DNA of 63,509 nucleotides, the filler included, from Chiloscyllium plagiosum (lineage: Eukaryota), in the NCBI RefSeq assembly GCF_004010195.1. It is 4 parts of one record of this genome, joined end to end, with 100 filler letters (N's around TTAATTAATTAA, not from the genome) between each part and the next. Parts side by side here need not be neighbours in the genome. Positions count along the whole stretch, not along the records: positions 19,549 to 43,944 come from NC_057712.1; positions 44,045 to 58,647 come from NC_057712.1; 2 more parts are not named here. One strand, given 5' to 3'. Below are positions 38,593-49,959 of this stretch, one piece after another. Under the pieces are notes generated by a model. That model worked only from the letters and a program-made list of their open reading frames with translations. It had not been told where the DNA came from and ran no database searches. How positions within the stretch are numbered: the first letter of the stretch is position 1; every line of letters begins with the position of its first letter. The translations under genes were made by a program, and so were the position numbers.

Positions 38593-40189
38593 GGAGAACT
38601 AGCCATTTCAATACAGAATGGCTTGAAGGTAAAAGTCAAAGGGTGGTGGTGGAGGATTGCTTTTCAGACTGGAGGCCTGTGACCAGCAGTGCGCCACAAA
38701 GATCCATCACTTTTCATCACTTATTTAAATGATTTGGATATGAACATAGAAAGTATAGCTAGTAAGTTTGCAGATGACACCAAAATTGGAGGTGTGGGTG
38801 GATAGCGAAGAAGATTACCTCTGAGTACAACAGGATCTTGATCAGATGGGCCAGTGGGCCGAGGAATGACAAATGGAGTTAAATTTAGATAAATGTGAGG
38901 TGCTGCATTTTTGAAAAGCCAATCACAGGACATATACACTGAATGGTAAGGTCCTATGGAGTGTTGCTGAACAAAGAGACCTTGGACTGCAGGTTCATAG
39001 TTCCTTGAAAGTGGAGTCGCAGGTAGATAGGATCGTGGAGAAGGAATTTGGTATGCTTTCCTATATTGGTCAGAGCTTTGAGTGTAGGAGTTGGGAGGTC
39101 ATGTTAATGCTGTCCAGGACATTGGTTAGGCCACTTTTGGAATATGATGTGCAATTTTAGTCTCCCTCCTATAGAAGGATGTTGTAAAACTTGAAAGGGT
39201 TCAGAAAAGATTTACAAGAATGTTGCCAGGCTTGGAAGGTTGGAGCTGTAGGGAGAGGTTAAATGGGCTGAAGCATCAAGGCTGAGGGGTGACATTATTG
39301 AGGTTTTTAAAATCATGAGGGGCATGGAGAGGGTAAATAGACAAGATCTTTTCCCTGGTTTTTGGGGTCTAGACTAGAGGGCATAGGTTTAGGGTGAGAG
39401 GGAAAAGATTTAAAAGGGATGTAAAGGGCAATGTTTTCACACAGAGCGGTGCATGTATGGAATGAGCTGCTAGGGGAAGTGGTGGAACCTGGTACAGTTA
39501 CAACATTTAAAAGGCATCTGGATGAATACATGAATAGGAAGAGTTCAGAGTAATATGGGCCAAGTACTGGCAAATGGGACTGGATTAATTTAGTATATTA
39601 GTGGATAATCTATTTCCATGCGGTACATCTCTAAGACTCTATGGCAACAGTTTAATTGATGTTACATATCCAGTTTGTTTTCTTTCAGTACAGGACATGG
39701 CACACAGGGGTGCCTCCCTACATTAACAATTAGATGTTGTAGTTAAAATATGGTAGAGTGTGTTCCCAACACATAGATGGAAGCCACTATTAAAATAACT
39801 TCCACGATTCATCTGTGTATGTGCCAGCAACACAGTTACAACAACAAGTGGTAGGAACGGGAAGGTAGTTTTGACAGACATAATGAATAAGCTCTGATGA
39901 ACTTGCAAAAGATTGGAACCAAGAATTATAACAGGTAGCAATAGTATGGCAAATGACAGTAAAGTACAAAGGTTCTGTTGAAGCACAGTAAAATGGTCTG
40001 TCCAAAATTCCAAACCTAATTTGTAATTCAAAAACTACTGTCAGCCACACTTTGCGCATGTGTGGGCACTGCTCCACCTAGCCGTAGCATCAGCTACAAA
40101 CCCAGCCTTATAACACATATTTCATGTCAGACATATCTGGGAGCATACAGCCAAGGAGTTTTACACAGGTTCCAGTCTCTCGGCTTTAG

Positions 40190-40420
40190 AGCTTACCCTG
40201 TTGTTGCTTTGTGGTGACTGACCCGAGTTTCAGCACGTTCCTCAGCAGATAGTCCTGGACTTTGGGATGTGTCAGTTTGCTACATTCGGTCTTTGTACAG
40301 GAAGGTCAATGATTTTCAAGCAGACTAAAGACTAAATTGATGGTCTTCTGACAGCAGTTGATGTTTATCTCGTGTGCATTCTGGGAATAGCCCATAATGC
40401 ACAAAGTCTTCAATACAGAG
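40190..40420 (-). mobile_element. Tx1-like LINE ORF2 C-terminal remnant
   Basis: Minus-strand GLFPECT.E.NINCC..TINL and HPKVQDYLLRNVLKLG remnants. Confidence 0.55.
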
Positions 40421-40854
40421 CTTGTTGTGTTAACCCTCAACAAGAAGAACAGCCTGCCTTTCCAAAGGTTTATTATAGTAGGTGCTGAGAAACAGTCTGT
40501 TTCCTTATCTTGAAGGCAGCTGGCACTTTAGGCTAGGTTTTCACTACTGAGGTGGATAGCTCAACCTAGTTAATTCACCAACTCAGGAGAACTGTCACAG
40601 TAGACAGTCGAGCTAGATTTTCCCCCGGGGAGATGCAACAGTTCCCAAATGGTTAGGTGGGTTGCCTCTGTTCTTTGTTCCAATTGTTTCATTTAAGTTT
40701 GGGCCCTCTAACCCACATGCCTCATATCAGCACCCATCTACTCCTGATGCACTCAGACCCTCTGCCAATTCATTTCACCCAGGAACCTCCAATCTCCTTA
40801 TAGCCTCTTGTATAAACTCACCTAGTTTCTTTTTTGGTAACCTATTTGTTCATA

Positions 40855-41560
40855 GAAACATAGAAGATAGGAGCAGGGGGGGATTAAGCCATTCAGCCCT
40901 TCACAACTGCTCTGGTATTCAATATGATCATGATTGATCTTCTAATTCAGTACTCTGTTTCCATTTTCTCCCGATACCCTTTGATCCCTTTAGCCCTAAA
41001 ACTTATATCTAATTCCTTCTTAAAAACATTCAGTGTTTTGGCTTCAACCATTTTCTGTGGCAGAGAATTCCATAGGCTCACCACTGTCTGGGTATGTTGC
41101 TTTTAATTCCTTTAAATTAGTTTCTCCTTGTTCGTTTCATCTCGAGAAACAGTTTATTCCAGAAAGAGAATAAAATAGCCTACTGCATATCCCTAGATTG
41201 TGGTCCTTGGTTCTGGACTCCCCAATCATCAGGAACATCCTGCATTGGCCCTGTCAAGTTCTGTTAGAATTTTATAGTTTTCTATAAGATTCCCCCATCC
41301 TTCTTCTAAACTGAATATAATTTTAACCAATCCAGTCTCTCTTCATACAACAGCCCTGCTATCTCAGGAATCAGTTTGGTAAACCTTCATGCAATCCCTC
41401 CGTAGCCAGAATAGCCTTACTCAGATAAGGAGCCCAATACCACATAGTACTCCAGCTGTGGTATTTGCAGCAAGGTATCCCTGTTCCTGTACTGGGATCT
41501 TCTCACTATGAAGGCCAATATATGATTTGCCTACAGCATCTGAATGCTTAATTTCAGTAA
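40855..41560 (-). mobile_element. Degraded CR1 3' fragment
   Basis: Similarity to CR1 3' ends. Confidence 0.6.
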
Positions 41561-43944
41561 CTTCTTGAGTGTTGTTGGAAGTGCAATCCTCCAGGCCAGT
41601 AAACAGTAGTCTTACAGACATCTGTGGATAGGCTTTCAGAAGTTCGTGCAACTTCTAGTTTCTGACCTGCTCTTGGAACCACATATTTACATTGCTAGAC
41701 CATTTCAGTTTCTTGTCAACCTGCAGGATATTGATAGTAGTGATTCAGCGATGATAATGCCATTGAATGTCAAAAGAAGATGGTTGGATTCTCTCTTGTT
41801 AGAGATGGTTATTGCTTGATCTATGTGGCTTGAATTTTACTTGCCACTTCTCAGCCCAAGCCTTGGTATTGCCCAGGTCTTTAAAGTTCGTAGCATACAC
41901 AGAGTTCGAAACCAAAAATGGAACTGGTGTTCAAGAGCAGAGAAGAAATGCAGAAATTAAAATGAAGTGCTAGAGAAATTCAGCAGGTTGGGCAGAATCT
42001 GTGGAAAGAGAGAAATAGCATTTATGCATTGAGTCCAGTATGACTCTTCATCAAACACTTCTGCAGAACCTTTCTGAATTACTGATTGTACCACAACTAG
42101 AGTATTATCACTTCACCTAGGCGCAGGGGCATACTAGCAACCGTGTTTTTGTGCAAGCACCTCCCAGGAACAGTCTCTGATGGTGCAGTGTGTTGGGAGT
42201 GCATAATCCAGATTATAATTAGATTTATTGTCACATATATTCAAATGAATACAGTGAAAAGTGCACATGTCGCTGCTTACTGCGCCATCTTAGATACAAA
42301 GGTACAGCTTCTTCAGTGACAGTTCTTGAAAAAGTAGGGAAGTTACAAAAAAGTCCAGCATTGCAGATTTAGGACTAAATTATAAAATGGAGAAAAAATG
42401 TTCAGAACAACAATCTGTTGTCCATGTTGACAATTAGCCATCAGTCCACACAGAACCTTGACACCAGACCATGCCTGGCTTCACCTCCGGGATGACAAAG
42501 CCAGAAGATTGCTTTGGAATCACTTTTGAAACTGGAATTCCACACTGAGACCTTGCCAGGATGAGAGACCACCATATACTGCTCAAAGACCACCACGCTG
42601 GACTGTTGGAAGATGACCATGCCAGACCGAGAGGATGCCAGGTCGAGAGGACTGGGCCATCACACTGCCATGCTGTGCCAACAGACTGCCACAGCAGACC
42701 GAGAGGACACCTCATTGGGTCAGTGCTGTGCCTGGGAGTTCCAAGGCAGCAAGGTCAGAGGCTGGGAGTTCTAAGTTGCATTCCCAAAATTCTCTAGATT
42801 TGGGAAAGGTTCCAGCTGAATAGAAAACAGTCAATGCAACTACTTTATTCGAAATGGAGGAAGATGGAAAGCAGATCAGATAGCTTAATATCTGTCTTAA
42901 AGATGTTAAAAGCTATCATTAAAGATGTTGTAACAAGGACCTTAGAAAGGTTTAAATAATCAGGCAAAATCAGCATGGTTCTGTGAAGGAGAAATCATAT
43001 GCAACCAAGGTAGAGTCAACATGACAGAATAGTATTCAACCAATTAATTGGATTTCTTTGAAGATACGAAAGGTTCTACAGATAAATGGGAACTCGTGGA
43101 TACATTGTAATTGGATTTTCCAAAGGCATTTAATAAGTCAAAGATTATTGTGGAAAATAGAAGTTTATGGTGTAGGAGGTAATATATTGGCATGGACTAT
43201 ATAATGGCTGACTAACTGGAAATGACAGTAGGCATTAGAAACTAATGTTCTGGTTGACAAGATGCAATGAATGGTGTGCCACAGGGATCTTCAATGTTTT
43301 ACAATTTATATAAATGACTTGGATGAAAGAACCAAAGGTATGGTTGTTAAATTTGCTGATACAAAAAATAGGTAAGAAAGTAATTTGTGAAGAGGACATA
43401 AGGAGGCTACAAAGGGATCTAGATTTGTTGAGTGGGAGAAATTCTGGCATTTTTTTCCTTTCTTCTTTCATGGCTCTGAGCATCACTGTCATGATACTAC
43501 CTAATCGCCTTTGAAAGAAATGGCTTGCTAAACTGTTTCAGAGTGCATCTTAATCTGTGGGGCTACAATCGCATGTAACCAGAAGAGATCTTTCTTATAA
43601 GACAATGGTTTCATGCTCTCCATTACTGAGACGAGGTCTATATTCTAGATTTATTAATTCCACTTAAATTCTGCTAGTTGCTGTTTGAACCTCTGTTCTT
43701 AGAGCATTAGTCTGGGACTTGGACTATGAGTCCAGTGGCATTACCACTTAGACCATAAGACATAGGAGTGGAAGTAAGGCCATTCGGCCCATCGAGTCCA
43801 CTCCGCCATTCAATCATGGCTGATGGGCATTTCAATTCCACTTACCCACATTCTCCCCGTAGCCCTTAATTCCTTGTGACATCAAGAATTTATCAATCTC
43901 TGCCTTGAAGACATTTAGCGTTCCGGCCTCCACTGCACTCTGCG

Positions 43945-44044
43945 NNNNNNNNNNNNNNNNNNNNNNNNNNNNNNNNNNNNNNNNNNNNTTAATTAATTAA
44001 NNNNNNNNNNNNNNNNNNNNNNNNNNNNNNNNNNNNNNNNNNNN
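43945..44044. other. Assembly gap with TTAATTAATTAA linker
   Basis: N-linker-N. Confidence 0.95.
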
Positions 44045-44440
44045 TCCTCTTACAAGGATGCCTGCCTTGAAGAAGTTTTCCTCCTCTCTCTACAAGAATC
44101 TCAGGGAGTCTCTCTATGCTACTTTCTCCCCACCCTCCTCTAGCTTATCTCTCCACGCTTCAGGCTCTCTGCCTTTATTCCTGATGAAGGGCTTTTGCCT
44201 GAAACGTCGATTTCGCTGCTCATTGGATGCTGCCTGAATTGCTGTGCTCTTCCAGCACCACTGATCCAGAATCTGGTTTTCAGCATCTGCAGTTATTGTT
44301 TTTACCCCTTCAGCGGTATAGAGGTTAGTGCGCCAGACTACCACTGTGCCCCCTTTATCCGCTGGCTTGATGGTGAGGTTGGGATTGGAGCAGAGGGATT
44401 GGAGGGCTACGCGTTGTGAGGGTGAGAGGTTGGAGTGGGG
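44045..44440. mobile_element. Penelope pLTR and adjacent inverted internal fragment
   Basis: CTGATGAAGGGCTTTTGCCTGAAACGTC and tail matching the 740-864 arm. Confidence 0.65.
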
Positions 44441-44714
44441 GAGGGGGGTAGAAGGCTAATAATAGTTAGAAAACGTAGAATCTCTACAGTGTGGAAGCAG
44501 GTCATTCAACCCATCAGGTCCACACCAACCCTCCGAGGAGCAATCTTTGTAACCCTGCATTTCCCATGGCTAATCCACATAACCTTGGGCATTGTGGGTA
44601 ATTTAAGCATGGCCAATCCACCTAACCTACACATCCCTGGGCACTATGGGTAACCTAAGCATGGCCAATTCACCTAACATGCACATCCTTGGGCACTATG
44701 GGTAACTTAAGCAT

Positions 44715-44915
44715 GAGCTGAAAATGTGTTGCTGGAAAAGTGCAGCAGGTCAGGCAGCATCCAAGGAGCAGGAGAATCGACGTTTCGGGCATGAGCCCTT
44801 CTTCATGCCCAAAACGTCGATTCTCCTGCTCCTCGGATGCTGCCTGACCTGCTGCGCTTTTCCAGCAACACATTTTCAGCTCTGATCTCCAGCATCTGCA
44901 GTCCTCACTTTCTCC
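44715..44915. mobile_element. Penelope palindrome inserted in a SINE that has internal tandem duplications (SINE ~44470-45130, minus)
   Basis: Inverted arms around 44800; TSD GTAACTT(A/G)AGCATG. Confidence 0.75.
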
Positions 44916-46247
44916 TAGTAACTTGAGCATGGCCAATCCACCTAACCTGTACATCCTTGAGCACTATGGGTAATTTAAGCATGGCCAATCCACCTAACCA
45001 ACATGCTTTGGACTGTGGGAGGAAACCAGAGCAAACCCATGCAGACAGAGGGAGAATGCGCATACTCCTGAGGATAGAACTGAACCCAGGGCCCCAGTGC
45101 TGTGAGACAGTAACTGAGCCAGTATGTCACCCTAGATCAGGAATAAGTGGGGCATTTTCAGGTGTGACTAGTAGAGTGTTACAAGGATCCGAATGGCAGC
45201 TATTTACCATCATTGTTAATGTCTAAATGTCGGGAATGATATATCAAAATGTGCAGTTATTACAAGTTGGGTGGCACTGTAAGCTCTAAGGAGGATACAG
45301 AGAGACAGGAGAGGGGTACAGACAGGTGGAAGCTGGTTATAAACACAAGGAATGCAGTGATTCAACAAGGCAGTTCATTGCCTCCATCTTCTTAGAGATA
45401 ACAAAAGCTGCCTTTGCCAATGATGCCCTCATCCCTTGAGTAAATTATAAAAAAAGTGTGGAGAAACACAAGTTTATTCATTTATTGGAACAATAGTGGA
45501 GGATGGAGGAGCTAGACTATGTCAGTCAGCCCCTCAATGTGCTCTGGGTCATCTTGCTGGAAGAATAAATTAAAGAATATATTTCTAACAGATGTGGAAC
45601 TCTTAAATGATGTTCTGACAGATTTGTGCGTCTTCATACAAGAAACACAAGAAGTTAACATGCAGGTAGAGCAAGCAGTTAGGTAGGCAGGCTGAAGTAC
45701 GTGATATTTCAAGACTTGCTACATTGTCTTGAAGCTCTATACAATGGGGTAAGAAATCAGATTTTCTTGCTGATTAATGAAAACTAATTTAAATCTATTG
45801 ACTGTGCATTGATTTAATTTAATTGCAATGAAAAATGTCGACTGAACCATTTCAATCCTTCTTGTGATAGCTCTCTGTAAAAAGAGCTCAGCAATGACAT
45901 GATGAGAAACTGTGGTTTGGACTCTAATTAACCAAATGCTTTGTTAGCTCAAATGGTGTAAAAATAACCAAATATTCAAAATAGTAAACTTCAGCTGAAG
46001 TGTAGCATTGTGAACCCAAACAGATATCTGTGTGGTAACACGAATAAATACCTTCGCAGGACATCAGAAGCCCAGATGGAAGGAAAAGTCAACAGAAAAG
46101 TAATTGGCACACAGTCCACCATCATTGTCCTTGATTTGGCCAATAGCTAGCATCGAAATGTTTATAACCAGATGGGGGTTAGAGTTTGGGAATCCAAGGA
46201 GCGTGAGAGTTGGGTCTAACTTGGTTAGGCAGATGGCTCAATGACAC

Positions 46248-46572
46248 TGTGTGGTGGCTCAGTGGTTAGCACTGCTACCTCACAGCACTGGGGACCTGGG
46301 TTCAATTCCACCCTTGGGCAACTGTCTGTGTGGCGTTTGCACATTCTCTCGATGTGGGTCCCCTCTGGGTGTTCTGGTTTCCTCCCACAATGCAAAGATA
46401 TACAGATAAGGTGAATTGGCGATGCTAAATTGCCCATTAATGTTCAGGGATGTGTCGGGTAGGTACATTAGTCAGGGGTAAATATAGGGCAGGGGAGTGG
46501 GTCTGGTGGGTTACTCTTTGGAGAGTTGGTGTGGACTTGTTGGGCTGAAGAGCCTATTTCCACACTGTAAGG
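46248..46572 (+). mobile_element. tRNA-derived SINE
   Basis: A/B boxes and body. Confidence 0.85.
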
Positions 46573-47819
46573 ATTTGATGACACATTTTGCATTTGGGCC
46601 ACTCAAATCAGAGCTAGGCAATCATCAGGGGAAAATAGGCCCAGTGAGACTGCCTTAACATCAGAAACACCAGACTCAAGTCTCACTCCATAGGACTTCA
46701 TTCATTATGTGACCAAACAGGTTGAGCATCAACCTGCAAATCTTTCCAACAAATGGCAATGGGAGATGATAAGGGGGGAGAGACTTCTGGTCAGTCAATT
46801 GAAAGAAAGAAAATGACAGCCTCTCCCTTCATTATGCATAGCTATGGACTACAACCAGTGTATAAAGCTATATGCTGTCACAGCTACTGACTCTGGGGGT
46901 GGGGAGTAACTGTGGGCTCAGTTGGCCGTAGGGTTCACACAAGGTGGCTTCAAGATCTGCATCCATAGATCATAATACATGAGAGGAGGAGGAGGTCATT
47001 CAGCCCATTGAGTCTGTTCTGCCATTCAGTGAGATTATGGTTAATCTGAAAATTCTCAACTCCACCTTCCTACCTCATTCCCTTGACACGTTTACTGATT
47101 AAAATGTTGACTATCTCAGCAGTGAATATACTTAACGACCCAGCCTCAATAGCCCTCTGCAGTAAAGACTTCCACAGATTCAGTACTATTTGAGAAAATA
47201 AATTCCTCCTCATCTCTGTCTTAAATGGTGACTCCTTATTCTGGGATTGTCCCTGTTCCCAGATACTCCCACAAGGGGAAACATTTCTGCATTGACCTTG
47301 TCCACTTCCCTAAGAACCTTCTATGTTTCAATATGGTTGCTTCTCATTCTTCTGAACTCTATTGAGTACTGGCCCAACTTACTCAGCCTCAACCACTCCT
47401 CATAAGAAAATCTTTCCGTAATAGGATTAACCCAATCTCTGAACTACCTCCAATGCCAGCCTACCTTTCTTTAAATATTGGGACCAAAACTATTCACTGT
47501 ATTCTAAGTTTGGCCAGGCTGGTGTCTTGTACAGGTTCATTTTTGCATAGTTTCAGTCTTATATAGACTTCCTTATTTTCATACTTCAACCTTTTCGAAA
47601 TAAAAGCATCCAAAGATGGTCAGGTGGATTGGCCAGACTAAATTGCCCACACTGAAATTACCCAAAGCGTTAGGTGCATAGGTCAGAGGGAAATGGGTCT
47701 GGGTGGGTTACTCTTTGGAGGGTCGGTGTACACTTGTCGGGCCAAACGGCCTGTTTCCACGCTGTAGGGAATCTAACCTAACTTAATCTAATCTAATTTG
47801 TTTGTTCTATAATCCACTG

Positions 47820-49669
47820 AACTTGGATGCTAAACATTTTTCAATTAGAAAATGGCTGCCTGAGTGATGTTTTAAATAGCCAGATGATCTTCAGGAAGGT
47901 CAAGGGACTATCAAAGGGGCCGAGGCCACCAAGAAGCAACCCCACAATTCTGCAAGACCCGTCCAGTGCCATTTGGCTTACGTGGAAATGTAGAGGCAGA
48001 AATCAGGAGGCTGGAAAGTGAAGGAATCAAAACCAGTCCAGTTTGCAGAATGGGCTGCACTAGTCCCATTGACTCTGAAACCCGGGTTGGTTCACCTTGG
48101 TGGGGATTTTAAACAAATGGTAAACCACTTATCACAGTTGGATAAATATGTAATGCCTTGAATAGAGGATTTGTACACAAATCTGATAGGAGGGCTGCCC
48201 TTCACAAAGCTGGACATGAGCCATGTATACCTGGAATTGCTATTAGATTAGAATTCCCAGAAGACGCTACAATTGATACCCATAAGAGTTTGTACCAATA
48301 TGCAAGACCACCATTTGGGGCATCAACAGCCTGTGATATTCTTCAGCGGACAATAGAGAATATTTTGCACGATTTACTCTGGGTCGCCATTGTCTGGATG
48401 ACAAGCTAATAACAGGGAAGACCAACAAAGAGCACTTAGAGAAGTTGGACATGGTCCATAGATGTTTCTCCAAGGCAAGTGTAGGCCTTAGGAGGGAAAA
48501 AAGTGTGTTCCAGGCACACCAAGTCATCTACTTGGGCTACAGAGTCAACAAGACCAGGTTACATCTGTTGGAAGATAAAGTGAGGGCAAACAATGGTGCT
48601 CCGGCTCCGAAGTCCTAGGGGTGGCACGGCTGTCTCACATGCCACAGACCTGGATTCGATTCCAGCCTCGGGCAACTGTCCGTGTGGAGTTTGCACATCC
48701 TCCCTGTGTCTGCGTGGGTTTTATCCGGGTGGCTCCGATTTCCTCCCACATTCCAAAGATGCGCAGGTTAGCTAGATTGGCCATGCTAAATTGCCCATAG
48801 TGTCCAGGGCTGCACAGGTTAGGTGCATTAGTGATGGGAAATATAGGGTAGGGGGATGGGTCGGGGTGGGATGTTCTTTGGAGGGTCCGTATGGACTCGT
48901 TGGGCCAAATGCCCTGTTTCCACACTATAGGGACTCTATAGAAAATGTCTATACCAGAGCTTAGGCCATTCTTTGAGCTGGTGAATTGTTACAAAAGGTT
49001 CATACATATCCTGGCATCTGACACCTGCTATTGAGAAAGAGTCAGCCTTGGAAATAGTCTCATAGCCTTAGAGAAGTGAAGAGCACTGTCATCATCTAGG
49101 GTGTTGGCACACTCTGACCCAAGCGAGCTGTAGTGCTGACAAGCTGTGCCTCCCAGTAAGGTGTCAGGGTTGTGTTGGCTCACTGGTTGCCCAATGGAGA
49201 GGAATGCCCAATAGCATATGCTTCCTGGACTTTGGCTGGATGCAGAGTATAAATATGCAAGGTCAGGTCCCGTGATGTACGAAGTTCGGAGTGGGTGAGG
49301 TGGTCCTGAATAAGCATGTGGACCATATGAAAGCTGCTACCTCGCAAATAGGGCAGGAGCAAAACATACCCGGCCCCTCAGAACAGCCTGAAAGACTGTT
49401 GGAACCTGTGCGTTTGTCCTCTCCGCCTAGCATTGAAGAAACCTCAGAATCTGAGACGGATACAGCGCATGTTGCAGAAGAGGATGAATCTCTTCTGAGA
49501 TGCTTTGGACACAGGAGGCAGGCTGGCAGATATAAACAGGAGTGTCAGAGGTTCGGTTGACTCTGAGAGCTGGCTGTGGGGGGAGGTGCTGGGTCAGTGC
49601 TATGGACCCTCCACGTGTAACTAGAGGCCAACTTGGTGACAGGATACCGGCCTCTGTGGAGTTGTTTCA
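47820..49669 (+). mobile_element. Decayed Gypsy RT-RNaseH with 3' LTR remnant; SINE nested at 48618-48940
   Basis: DTHKSLYQYARPPFGASTACDILQRTIENIL, FTKLDMSH, VIYLGYRV; LTR ends GTTGTTTCA at 49669. Confidence 0.8.
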
Positions 49670-49959
49670 GACCTAATTCCTGATTTGGGAGTCTCAGGAT
49701 ACAGGACTGAGATGAGTGAAGAAATTTTTCTTTAAAAGGTAGTGAAGCTGTGGAACTCTGGACCGCAGAAGGTTCTGGAGGCCAAATCACTAAAGATATT
49801 TAATGAAGAGATTGATGGATTTTTAGATTTGAAATGTAGTAAGGCATATGGAGAGAAAACAGGAATATGGCTTTGAGGTAGAGGATCAGCTGTGATCATT
49901 TTGAACGGCAGAGCAAGCTTGAAGGGCCAACTGGCCTACTCCTGTTCTCTATGACTCAT

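Larger units (their letters stand above)
35058..39640 (+). mobile_element. CR1 LINE host split by the LTR element at 35425-38592
   Basis: ...TTAGATCACATGGAATATGGGGAG| and |GGAGAACTAGCCATTT... rejoin to match the intact CR1 at 21041-21100. Confidence 0.85.
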
